NCBI GenBank assembly: GCA_951406725.2
Contig: OX597832.1
Location: 49,848,001 to 49,912,000 of the forward strand
Origin: Octopus vulgaris
Lineage: Eukaryota
Length of the DNA stretch: 64,000 nt
Direction: 5' to 3'
A program made the translations under genes and the position numbers. Below the pieces are notes generated by a model. That model searched no databases. It was not told where the DNA came from and worked only from the letters and a program-made list of their open reading frames with translations. Shown here piece after piece: positions 25,337-37,500 of this stretch; within the stretch, counting starts at the first letter, position 1; the number at the start of each line of letters is the position of its first letter.

Positions 25337-25642
25337 AATATAAAGGAATTTTGTTAAATCTTCGTTCAGCTCCATTTTTTCCTACACTTAATATATAAAA
25401 CTTCAAATTTCCGCACTAAGGCACGGTTTTTATGCCCCATGGTCGTAACTTCAACCGTGCTTTATCTGTTGTGATTTTTGCTACTCAGGTATCGGTTATC
25501 ATTTGAATTATCCGTAATAAGATAATTCATTTATCTACTTCAATATATATATATATATATATATATTAGGGATTATATCCAAACTTACAGGGAAAAATTA
25601 GATTTAGGATTAAATCAAATTTCACAGTATAAATATAAATTA

Positions 25643-25778
25643 AATTAGAGATAAAACCACTATTAGGCAACTCAAGCAGTGATAGACATAAACCAATACA
25701 TAAATAACAAATAGTATAAATGTATTGGTTTATGTCTATCACTGCTTGAGTTGCCTAATAGTGGTTTTATCTCTAATT
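25643..25778. repeat. Fold-back (~59-bp arms), Penelope-like fragment
   Basis: AATTAGAGATAAAACCAC...AACCAATACAT / ATGTATTGGTT...GTGGTTTTATCTCTAATT; related sequence at 34338-34502. Confidence 0.85.
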
Positions 25779-25858
25779 CATATATCCAAATAAGAAGCAC
25801 ACTCTGAAACATTGGAGTAGTTGTCTATTTATAAGATTACTTGTTATTGCTAATCAAA

Positions 25859-25981
25859 GAGTGAGTATTGGTTTCACACATCATAAAGTACTTACTTGTG
25901 TAAGTGACTCATCAGACTCAAATGACTCATGAGTCACTTATACAACTAAATGCTTTATAGGTGCGAAACCAATAGTCACTC
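25859..25981. ncRNA. Pair of inverted, partly decayed hammerheads
   Basis: Minus 25919-25859: GAGT-CTGATGA-GTCAC...GTGT-GAAA-CCAATAC-TC-ACTC. Plus 25926-25981: CTCATGA-GTCAC...GTGC-GAAA-CCAATAG-TC-ACTC. Confidence 0.65.
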
Positions 25982-26011
25982 TCTGACTGGCCATAGCAAA
26001 CAACTTTCTAA

Positions 26012-26042
<31 letters not shown>

Positions 26043-26443
26043 TACTCTTTTACTTGTTTCAGTCATTTGACTGTGGCCATGCTGGAGCACCGCCTTTAGT
26101 CGAGCAAATCGACCCTGGGACTTATTCTTTGTAAACCCAGTACTTATTCTATCGGTCTCTTTTGCCAAGCCGCTAAGTGACGGGGACATAAACACACCAG
26201 CATTGGTTGTCAAGCAATGCTAGAGGGACAAACACAGACACACAAACATATACATACACATACATATATATATATATACATATATACGACAGGCTTCTTT
26301 CAGTTTCCGTCTACCAAATCCACTCACAAGGCATTGGTCAGCCCGGGGCTATAGCAGAAGACACTTGCCCAAGATGCCACGCAGTGGGACTGAGCCATGT
26401 GGTTGGTTAGCAAGCTACTTACCACACAGCCACTCCTGCGCCT
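26043..26443 (-). mobile_element. SINE family A
   Basis: Homology to family A. Confidence 0.9.
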
Positions 26444-26444
26444 A

Positions 26445-26609
26445 TATATATATGAATTTTTTGCATAATGAGATAAAAAACCAAGGCTGTATAGATATTA
26501 GAGCATTTATAGATAGAAGGTCTTACAGCTAAGACTTCCTATCTATAAATGCTCTAATATCTATACAGCCTTGGTATTTTATCTCATTATGCAAAAAAAT
26601 TCATATATA
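26445..26609. repeat. Near-perfect hairpin (~80-bp arms) of a hammerhead-element 3' flank
   Basis: Centre TCTTACAGCT|AAGAC; arm homologous to 27193-27275. Confidence 0.88.
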
Positions 26610-27155
26610 CACCCGCTGACATAGAACCAACATTGAACCCTTTATTTGCAATATTACCGAATCTGGAACTTAACTATGGTCTGCCTATAGCACTTATTCA
26701 GCATTACCTGACACCTTTGGGTCTCAGTGGCACCATTATCTCTTATATATATATATATATACATACATATATATATACACATATACAAAGTATGGGAGTC
26801 CACAGGTGATCTAAACAATTAGGTATGTTAGGTAAGTGCTGTAACAAATTACTAGGGCTCCAAGGTTGTAGTTGAGATGGTAGTTATGGAGCCATTGCAG
26901 ATTTCCAAAGACACAACCCTGGATTCAATAACACTGTGTATAAACCCTATACTTGGAATGACCAATTTCAAATTCTATTGGATTTTACTCATAAGGTATT
27001 GGAATATTATATGTATACCATTCTGCCTAAAAAAAATGGATCTACAAATGCAATATCCCTACATATCTCACATCTATTTTCTTTTATTTCCTCCACCTCA
27101 CTCTCTATTTTATATCTTATCTAAATGAACTATTTCTTAACCATCCTCTCACACC

Positions 27156-27203
27156 GTCTCCGATGAAGGGATATAATAAATATCCTGGAAACAGCTGTAA
27201 GAC
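27156..27203 (+). ncRNA. Minimal type I hammerhead variant (CCGAUGA core)
   Basis: GTCT-CCGATGA-AGGGATAT aataa ATATCCTG-GAAA-CAGCTG-TA-AGAC. Confidence 0.7.
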
Positions 27204-27279
27204 CTTCTATCTATAAATGTTCTAAAATCTACACAGCCTTGGTTTTTTATTTCATTACGAAATAAAATTTTCAATATAT

Positions 27280-27514
27280 CTCTTTTCCTCTTTACTCTTT
27301 TACTTGTTTCAGTCATTTGACTGCGGCCATGCTGGAGCACCGCCTTTAGTCGAGCAAATCGACCCCGAGACTTATTCTTTGTAAGCCCAGTACTTATTCT
27401 ATCGGTCTCTTTTGCCGAACTGCTAAGTGACGGGGACGCAAACACACCAGCATCAGTTGTCAAGCAATGCTAGGGGGGACAAACACAGACACACAAACAT
27501 ATACACACACATAC

Positions 27515-27571
<57 letters not shown>

Positions 27572-27737
27572 TACGACAGGCTTCATTCAGTTTCCGTCAA
27601 CCAAATCCATTCACAAGGCATTGGTCGCCTCGGGGCTATAGCAGAAGACACTTGCCCAAGATGCCACGCAGTGGGACTGAACCCGGAACCATGTGGTTGG
27701 TTAGCAAGCTACTTACCACACAGCCACTCCTGCGCCT
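27280..27737 (-). mobile_element. SINE family A
   Basis: Homology to family A. Confidence 0.9.
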
Positions 27738-27750
27738 ATATATATATATA

Positions 27751-28035
27751 TGAATGAGAAAAAGAAGAAAATGGAGAAATTGGTCTGTCAAGAGTCAACC
27801 AACATGTTGGAATATAACTCCTTTCTGGAAATTCTTCCCCGATGAAATACCCAATTAACCAGTTTCAATACGAAAAATTTTAAATCAATTTAATTTAATT
27901 TAATTTCTCTAATTGAATTAATTGGACATGGAAATGGCTGTAGGGATACTAATTTCATATTATATTGATTCAAATATCTTTGAATAAACTGATGTCTATA
28001 TGTCAATTTTTCCATTTTCTTATTTTTCTCATTCA
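27751..28035 (+). mobile_element. ~285-bp element with ~32-bp inverted termini and internal hammerhead variant (27835-27946)
   Basis: TGAATGAGAAAAAGAAGAAAATGGAGAAATTG / CAATTTTTCCATTTTCTTATTTTTCTCATTCA; TTCC-CCGATGA-..CCAATTAA...TTAATTGG..-GAAA-TGGCTG-TA-GGGA. Confidence 0.65.
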
Positions 28036-28509
28036 TAAATATTTTGAATATCACTATACATCAATGCAAAACTAAAATAGGATGTTTTGTTTTTTTTGTA
28101 TCCCCACACCATTCCACTAATCCTTCTCTATTACCAGCCAACACACTTTCTCCTTCCACTAAGGGGCACTTCTATTGCCACCACCACCTAGTCCTTTTCT
28201 TATCCCATCATCCACCCTTACCTTTGTCCACCTCTGTTGTTAATCAATCACTGTCTGCTCAACCTTATTCTAAATCACCTTACTACTTACATCCTCCTAC
28301 TGCTCCTTTCTTTCATCCTCCTACTCATGTCCACCTGATATCATTTCTCTCTCTTCTATTCCTCTTCTAGGTCAATCAAACATACACCCTATTATTTATC
28401 AAATATTCCTGACATGCAGCTACTCCCCTTACCCACTTCAAGTCTCACTGCTGGTGTTGCTTCCTCCCTATTTCCTCTCCCTAGTCTATATATCTGACCT
28501 CAGAATACT

Positions 28510-28745
28510 TGTTTCTTCATTGCCCACAAGGGGCTAAACATAGAGTGGACTAACAAGGACAGACAAAGGGATTAAGTCAATTACATTGACCCCAGCACGT
28601 AACTGGTACTTAATTTATCGACCCCGAAAGGATGAAAAGCAAAGTCAACATTGGCAGAATTTGAACTCAGAACGTAAAGACAGACGAAATACTGCTAGGC
28701 ATTTCGCCCAGCGTGCTAATGTTTCTGCCAGCTCACTGCCTTTTA
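28510..28745 (-). mobile_element. SINE family C (tRNA-like head GGCAGTGAGCTGGCAGAA, GAGTTCAAATTC B-box)
   Basis: Other copies near 6375-6600, 16600-16720, 32640-33100, 42485-42700, 44530-44730, 45260-45375, 46297-46452 and 63900-64000. Confidence 0.8.
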
Positions 28746-29998
28746 CTGACCTCAGAATACTGTCTACAAAGCACCAAACCTCCTGTTCTGGTACTAACCA
28801 ACAACTCACACTCATTCAATGTGAGGAGTGAATGAACCAATCTCTCTAAGTGCTGGGATCATATAATGTCCCTAGTACTCTTTGTAAAGGAGTTGATAAA
28901 CTGAGTGGAGAATGCTAGGTGTTCTGAGGTTCTTTTATTCAACTTCTCTTGTGATGGTGCCATGGAAAACGCACCCAGTACATTCTATGAATTGGTTGAT
29001 GGTAGGAAGGGTTTCCAGCAGTAAAAAAAGTAATCCAGATAAGGGGAGTGAACATCAATCTAGGGAAATAGCAGCTCACAACAAATGATTTGGACAGTGA
29101 TGAACCATCCAACCCATGTCAGCATGAAGAATGGATGTAAAAATGATGATGCTGTACACAGACACACACATACACACACACTGGCATAGCTATGTGGTGG
29201 AGATGCTTCCTTCATAATCACATGATTCTGGTTTTGATTCCACTGAGTAGAACCTTGGGCATGTGTTCCTTGCTACTTCTCTGATAGCCTCGGGTTGATC
29301 AGGTCTTTTTATGGTTGGTATTGTTGAAGTTCTGGCTATATTCATGTCACTTTTAGCATCATTAGTTGCTACAAAAAAAATAATAAAATAAAATGTTGGC
29401 CCCAAATAGTCAGGATGCTGTTGTTTGTTTAGGAGTTTCAATCAGGTAAGTTTGAAAGATATTCACAACATGAACTTCTGAAAGGATTAATGAAGAGTGA
29501 AAAAAAAATGCTATTCAGAATGAAGAATTAAGACACCTTTTTTATTCTGGCTCATTTGACTGCTTACTTTTGACAAATGATAATGCACTTAGATCTAGTC
29601 TTGTGTAAAACATTTGAGTCTAAAAGATTAGAGGATTATTGCAGTAAGAGAATCTTTAGTACATCTATAGTAAATCAGTTATAATATGAGAATTTGAATA
29701 AATAACAAGACAGCATTTCTCACATTTGGCAATGTGTCAAATATCCATTAATCTCCTGCATTTAATCAGCAATTATCCAATGGATAGTAATTAAATAGGT
29801 GTTTCTTGTCTCTTTAATAGTTAACTATTTTTATGAAGATGAGATTTCAAGTTTTGTTGGCAAATAAATTAAATTTAGTTTAGACTGAAGCCGACCACTG
29901 GAGACTGGAAACTGCTCTGTGTTAGAATACTTGTGCAGGTCATAGCACAGGTTCTTCCTTCTGACAAGCACCTAGAAAAAAATAAGAAAAAAATGTAT

Positions 29999-30412
29999 AG
30001 GCGTAGGAGTGGCTGTGTGATAAGTAGCTTGCTTACGAACCACATGGTTCTGGGATCAGTCCCACTGCATGGCACCTTGGGCAAGTGTCTTCTACTATAG
30101 CCTCGGGCTGACCAAAGCCTTGTGAGTGAATTTGGTAGACGGAAACTAAAAGAAGCCTGTCGTATATATGTATATATATGTGTGTGTATGTTTGTGTGTC
30201 TGTGTTTGTCACCCCAACATTGCTTGACAACCGATGCTGGTGTGTTTACGTCCCCGTTACTTAGCAGTTCGGCAAAAGAGACCAATAGAATAAGTACTAG
30301 GCTTACAAAGAATAAGTCCTGGGGGTCGATTTGCTCAACTAAAAGGCGGTGCTCCAGCATGGCCGCAGTCAAATGACTGAAACAAGTAAAAGAGTAAAAG
30401 AGAGTAAAGAGA
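29999..30412 (+). mobile_element. SINE family A
   Basis: Homology to family A. Confidence 0.9.
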
Positions 30413-30455
30413 GCACAGTTTAAAATTTAGTCTATGCCCCCACAATCATTTATCT

Positions 30456-30916
30456 TGTCGTGACGCTACTGTGGAAATTTCAACGCACATGCGCAGAATT
30501 GGATTACTTCCGGTAGGCTGCCGGAAGTTCCCTCGTGCGCATGCGCAGGAACTGCAACCTGAAAGCGTCTCTGCTAAATCTGTCCTTTTTGGAAGAGCAG
30601 CCCTAATGAGCGGACATGTCTAAAAACTTCTCTCAGGGAAAACCTTATGCATAGAGAAGCTCTCTTCAAAGCAGGAACAGAGACCGTATCTTCTTGGCTC
30701 ACCCGAGTGAACATTTGTGTACAGTCCTGTGGAATTGGCTGCCGGTTCGCCCTTAAGAAATATATATGCATATATTATACCTGTGAACCCAAAGAATAAA
30801 GTGTTATTTATTGTTATTGAAGACAGCCGGATTTTTGGTTCCTTTTCTTCGACTTGTATGTGACAAGATAAGACCAGAGACACCTCAAGTGTTCCTGAAA
30901 CTCTCATCTTGTTACA
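30456..30916 (+). mobile_element. Solo LTR (Gypsy-like)
   Basis: TGT...ACA termini, exact 4-bp TSD ATCT on both sides, TATA-like at ~30761, AATAAA at ~30795. Confidence 0.8.
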
Positions 30917-33142
30917 ATCTAATTCATACAGAAGTAATTTATTATGTTTTAGATTGAACAAGATATTTATTCCAAACAACAACGCCACCTGCTGACAGGT
31001 CAGCCTTTTTTATCATTGGCCAATGGTATTGCAGAGAAAGTAACTTAAACTCTACCAACTCTGCTGTACTTGGGCTGTTTCCAGAAGCAAGGGTCTAATC
31101 CCTAGTACACTTATCACCTCTCTACTCACAGATAAGCCACAAAGGAATAAGAAGTCAATATGTTCACAGCATCCATGGAGCCGCAAAAGATGCCAGATAT
31201 TGGTGAAGTATAACCATATATATCTGCCTTAGTGACCTTCCCTCTGGATTTTCTCTTACTGATTGGTTGTTGTAATTTTTATGCCTGTCGCATAGGCCTT
31301 GGTAAATTAGAGTTAAACTCTGAATAGACAGGATTCCTAATTTAGTTTGATTTCTAGTCAAAGACATTTCACTTCGCAAAGTGTATTTATATTCTTTGAA
31401 AAGTTAGAGACATCACATCTCTCATAGTGCTATTAATAACATATAACCCAGTACAACTTGCTGTATGGTCAGGCCATCAGCAACCAAACCAGCAACACAA
31501 CCAAGCCTACTTGGTAAGGAGGGTGGATTTCGTTTGACATTCAGCAGGATGAGAAACAAAACCTGTTGAAAGGCAGATGAATTCAGTTGAGTCAAAGGCC
31601 ATCCAACAGCTTGGAAAGAAAAACCCTTAATCTTTGCTTAGACATCTCTCTAGGAGAATGTAAACTCTGGTATAACACCTGTGACTTCATTTGCATTCAA
31701 TAATATAGACTAGAGCAGTTGTATACTGTCAACTTAATGTGACAGTCCCATAAAGAGAATCACACCACCGTTATTTAGCCCTAGGAAGCATCAATGCTTC
31801 CTGTCGGCTTTGACACATTTCCTGTGTCCTTATATTTACGAAGGGGAGACAAGCACCCCCAACAGCTAGGCCTAGACTAGTTCTCCTTTTTAGGCAAATA
31901 TATATGTTGTCTAACCCTTCAGTATTTAAACCAGTCATATCCAGCCAAAATATTCTACTTGTTTAATGCTCAAATCGGCCAGATCTGATCTTTTACACCT
32001 ACCCTACAATGCCATTCTAAAAGTAAACAATCACATCATTGAAATCTTGATGCTACAAGATAATGCATGATTGATTCAAAGCAATAGGAATTGGCCAGCT
32101 GTGTAGTAAGAAGTTTGCTTCCCAGCCCCATGGTTATGAGTTCAGTCCCACTGTGTGGCATCTGAGGCAAATGTCTTCTACTATAGCCTCGAGCTGACCA
32201 AAGCCTTGAGAGTGGATCTGGAAGATAGAAATTGAAAGAAGCCTATCATGTATGTGTGTGTGTGTGTGTTTGTCCTCTATCACTGCTTGATAACTGGTGT
32301 TGGTGTGTTTACGTCTCTGTAACTTAGCAGTTTGGCAAAACAGACCGATATTATAAGTACAATGAGGGATTACTCGGAAAATGTATAAACAAGGGAAATA
32401 AACAAAAATAAAGAAAAAAATGTAACAAAAAGAAGTTTGCTTCTCAACCACTTGGTTCTGGGTTCAGTCCCACTGCATGGCATCTGAAGCACACAAATCT
32501 ACACTTCTCAAATGGTGCTTTTTACGTGCCACTGGCACTGAAGCCAGTTAGTTGCTCTGGCAGAATACCAATATAGAAATTCCATTAACAACATTGCTCG
32601 ACTGGTTGAGAGCTGCGAATGCTTGATGACATTTCAAAAGCCAAGCAACCAGGCTCTGATTTGGGTACAAGGCCAGCAATTTTAAGGGGGAAAGGGTTGA
32701 TTGCTTCCATCAATCCCACTGTTTGGTGGCTACTTTTATTTATTTATATCAAACTCAGAAGCATGGAAGGCAAAGATAACTTCAGTGTGGTTTGAAATCA
32801 GAACATAAAGAACCAGAACAAACACTGCAAAGCATTTTCTCTGACACTTTAATGACTCTGCCAATCCATTGACCTTATAATACAAATAATGATTCCAAAT
32901 TTTGGCAGAAGGCTAATAATTTTAGAGTGAGGTTGTTGATTGAATTACATTGCCTTCAGTACTTGACTGGTACTTCTTTTATTGACGTCCAAAAGGGTGC
33001 AAGGCAAAGTCAGTCTCATCTTTTCATCCTTTTGGGGTCAATAAATTAAGTAGGAGTTGAGCACTGGAGTCAGTATAATCAACTTCTACCTTCCCCTAAA
33101 ATAATAATAATAACAACAACAACAACAATAATAATAACAACC

Positions 33143-33758
33143 AAAGCTTATTAACCCCGGAACTACCAAGCCAATGTAATAAAAAATGGAGCTGACCCAA
33201 AATGCCAATTCTCTAACAATAAGATTGAAACTATACACTACCTAATCTCAGGGTGTCGAGTCTTAGCACCTGTAGAATATAAAGCAAGACATGACAGAGT
33301 CGGCCAGTATTTACATTGGACAATATGTCAGCATTATAAAATCAAAACCCCGCTGACAAATGGTATAAACACTATCCTGAAGCTGTGACTGAGGGATAAA
33401 ATGTGTCAATTCTCTGGGACTTCCCTCCCCCCCGTACATACCGAAAAAACTATAAAAGCTAATAAACCAGATATTATTATAAAAGATCAGACAAAAAAGG
33501 TGCGTTTATTAATTGACATGAGTATTCTTTGCGATCACAATATAGCAGCAAAAGAATTTGACAAGGTCAGTAAATATAAAACCTTACTAATAGAAATTGA
33601 AAAAATGTGGCATCTCAAGGCGACTACAGTACTAGTGATTGTAAGATCTCTAGGAATGATAGAAAAAAAATAGGTACTGAAACTTATTTGAAAATGATGC
33701 CAGGCTTACCATCCCTATAGGACATGCAAAAAAATCATGTTAACTGGAACGACTCATG
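33143..33758 (+). mobile_element. R4/Dong-like non-LTR retrotransposon relic (zinc knuckle and restriction-like endonuclease)
   Basis: Broken frame DPKC...ETIHYLISGC...YKARHDRVGQYLHW...ILWDF..VHTEKTIKANKPDIIIKD...LLIDMSI..D.NI..KE.DK.SKY; adjacent to an (AAT/AAC)n tract. Confidence 0.85.
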
Positions 33759-33937
33759 TATATATATATATATACTTATATATGAGGTTAGTTGAGTTAG
33801 AGGTTAAAATAACCATCTAAAGGATAAAAGTATCCAAAATACTACCAGTATATTACCTATATTTATACATGGGCAAAAGCGTTATGCTCATAAATTATAG
33901 GTAAAGCCAGAGTTAAACAGGAGTTTATCAGGAATCA

Positions 33938-34325
33938 AAATTTAAAGAAAACAGAAAATGGAGACAACATAGATGAACAATAATTGATTTGCAATCCCAC
34001 CAAATACCCCTTTTATTTAAAATTTTGGTCATTTACTTATTGCCTAATGGTTCTACATGCAACATGACATGACTCTCACCATATTCAATCCTTCCTTGTC
34101 TCATTTTTATTTATTTATTTTCCCCTCTGATGAAGCTCCATGATTCAAATCAGCTTTATTACCAAACTATAATAAATACTTTCTTAGCATCATAATGGTT
34201 ATTCCAAAGAACAGTGGCAGCTGAAACAGCTGTAAGATGGGATGCAGTCTTTTTGTAAATTATTAATGAATAATAAGTGACGCAAATCAATTGTTGTTCA
34301 TCAATGTTTTCTTTAAATTTATATA
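33938..34325 (+). mobile_element. Penelope-like fold-back element with hammerhead (34121-34242)
   Basis: Inverted termini (GATGAACAATAATTGATTTGC / GCAAATCAATTGTTGTTCATC); TCCCCT-CTGATGA-AGCTCCA...TGGCAGCT-GAAA-CAGCTG-TA-AGATGGGA. Confidence 0.72.
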
Positions 34326-34500
34326 TATAAATATATATAAATTAGAGAAAAACTACTAATATGCAATTCAAACAATGATAGACATAAACCAAATCATAAA
34401 GAAAATTTTTCTCTAATTCATATATATTATATATTTATATTGTGAAATTTGATTTAATACTAAATTGAATTTTTCCCTGTAAGCTTGGAGTTATACTCCC

Positions 34501-34539
<39 letters not shown>

Positions 34540-37500
34540 TATTATTATTATTATTATTAATAATATTATTATAATTATTATTATTATTATATACACACAC
34601 ACACACACACGCATATATATATAGTTGAAATTTACAGAAACACAAAAGACGAAGACAGGTGTATAAACATCAGAGTAAGCACATAAATGTGAAACAAGGC
34701 GGTAAAAAATAATTCTCGAGTAATATTTATATATATATGTCCATGTTTAAATTACTATAATTAATAAATCTAATTAATTTCGCTTGCACTACCATTTTCG
34801 TCGCGCTTTATTACATTGTAAAAACAATTACAGGAAAATGGCATCTTCGTTTGCAAAATGGCGATGACATTGTGTAAGTTCGTTCACTCTGGAGAGTTTA
34901 CTCGTTAGAAATGTGTTCCATATGAGCACCCGTAGTCTGAAGGTAAATTAGCACATTTATGTATGTATATATATATATATATAATTTATATATGTATATA
35001 TACATACATGCACACACATATATATACATTCACATGTGTATGCGTATATAGATATGTATGCATGTATGACCTTCACCTTACATAAAACCCCACCTTTGGT
35101 TAAGATGTTCATTGCCTACAGAGTCAAGTGATCTTGCAAAATTATTAAAGAGAGCAGTGCTGCTTACGAAGAAGAATGGTCAATGAAGTGAGACTGATGA
35201 CGGATCGATTTCTCTTCTTTAGATAACGAAAACCCATTTACAAATATCACACTTCTTTAACACCAGCTTTTTTTGTACTTCTATTTTTATTTTGGCGAAG
35301 AAATAAATATGTGAGAGAAGATTTGAATAAAATGTTCCGCGATTAAAAAAAAAGGTCTATTTCTTTCAGATAATTTAAGTCAAAAACGTTAATTTCCCTT
35401 TCTTGTTCCTTCTGGCGTTCATGACGTCTGTACAGCTTATTGGCGAATAATTTATTTTATGCTCCACACGCATAGATACACCATTTCACAAGCAGACACA
35501 TTCGCATCCGTTTAGCATGTGCTGTTACGACGCATTCATAGAAATTCTCAAAGACGGACTGCATTCATAAAAACAGAAAAGGAATATAAACATACATTAA
35601 GGGGCGGCAACGTAATACCTACCTACGCACGTATACACACATCTAATTTCATACACACATCAAACGCAGAAATCTAAATATTGATTCCTTTCGACAATGC
35701 ATAAAGCCCGTCTGTATGGGAGAAGCATACAATAGAGAAGCATAAATTGACACCGCATATTACTGGTACTGATCTTATTGACCATACTTCACCAAAGATG
35801 AAAACGTCAGCTCTGATTAGATTTGGAGTAAAAATTGAAAAAAGGCGAAACTAAATACAGTAAAGCATTTAGTTCGACACTACTGCCTAAGCTGTCTTCC
35901 CCCAACGTAAATATTAAAAATATTAGAATTGATCTATTAAAAATTGTTTGTAATAATACTTTCAGCCATTTTGAAAATCAATTGGTTCAGTTTCTGTGAA
36001 AGGAAGGGGTTTTGGATATGGCATTGAGGAGGAAAAGAGACAGTCAGAAAGACAGAGAGAGAAAATATCAGTTTATAAATGATACAGAGAGGGGAAAGGT
36101 AAGAGACAGGCAGACAGATAGATAGAGAGTAAGAGAGGAGGGAGAGGGAGACTTTAGATAAGCAGCGGGATTCATTTCTGACAAAACGTAATCTGGCAGC
36201 CATTTTAAACGTTTCAGTGAAAGCAAAGAACATTTCACCTTATTTACAAGCCATCGTAAATGAACACCATTGGCCAGAGGTTGAAAAGAAGATTCTAGTT
36301 ATATGTAGATATGTATTTCACTTAGGAAAAATGCGTAAATGTTTTTACTCAAAAGAAAATATGTTTTTCGAGGAAAGAAAAACAGCGATAGAACAATGAA
36401 ATTATAAAGATTTGAGTTTAATGAGAAATAGTGAATATATCAGCAAATAATTATTTATTATCATTTATTTAGGTTGAATCTATCTTTTATGTCCCTTCGT
36501 TGAGAAAGGCATGAATACCACATTCTATTTGCTTTCCTCTATAAATCTTGAGTATTTGCGCCTCATTAATTACTAATAGTATTATTATTATTATTATAAT
36601 TCAAAAACTGGTTGATATATAATAATTCGTTTGGTAGCCGCCATTGAGGAGCAATGGAAACAAAAGCAAGCCAGACAGAGAAGACACTTATTCGTAGCTT
36701 TCTCGCTGCCTGAGTGGAGGTGCAGTTGAGTCGACTCTAAATACTTTTCTACCACCACCATCATCATTTCCTTGTCTGTCTGCCTACCTTCTATTCCCCC
36801 AACTCACACACTTTTTACCCTCTTCGTTTCTCTTCGCCTCTACCACCATTATAAACATTCCCGTGTGGTGCCTTCGCTCACCTATTCCTCCTCTCCTCTT
36901 TCTTTGCCACTACTAAACCCTCCGTATCTCAGCTTACACTTTTCTCCTTCTCCTCTTCCGTTTCCCCTCTGCATCCCCTTCTCCGTAACATACATCACCA
37001 CCCTTCGCCTGTTTGCCTGTACTCTTCCTCCCCTTCTCCCTCCTCCTTCTACAATATTCATCTCTTTTCCTCCTCCACCACAACTTTCAGCATTAACGTT
37101 CACATCCTGAACTGTTTATCTTAACACTTCTTTTCCCCCTCTCTCATTCTTAATACTATATCACTTTTATTTTACTCTCGCTATTCCTCTCAACCCGGAT
37201 CCTTCCTCATTGAATCAAGTCATTTTGCTATTTTCAGACCATTATCCATGTCCTTGTTTTACATGTTTTAGGGGATATTTTATGCATTTCCCCCCTTTTT
37301 TTCTTTCCTTTCTGTCTGTGTGACTAAAAGAAATGACCTGCAGTATGGTGTTTTGTTGTCTCTTATTATTTCAGTAAGAGAAACTAGTAAAACTACAAAG
37401 GAAGTTGAAAGATTTAAAAATAAATAATGATAAATATATTTTCTTTGAAAATGTCAAATAAAGACGAGAATTATTATTTCAGATTGAGAATTAATTTTAT

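Larger units (their letters stand above)
24988..25384. mobile_element. Penelope-like fold-back: 144-bp perfect inverted arms, 109-bp spacer
   Basis: 24988-25131 is the reverse complement of 25241-25384; inserted next to (TA)n. Confidence 0.9.

Noticed and set aside
31460-31700. Possible RTE 5'UTR with an HDV-like ribozyme
   Set aside because: Could not assemble the nested double pseudoknot by inspection.
35194-35235. CTGATGA...GAAA possible hammerhead
   Set aside because: No convincing stems I, II or III.
35937-36233. ORF containing MAARLRFVRNESRCLSK (targeting-peptide-like)
   Set aside because: No good splice donor, runs into CT-rich low complexity; the ATG overlaps a YY1-like motif.
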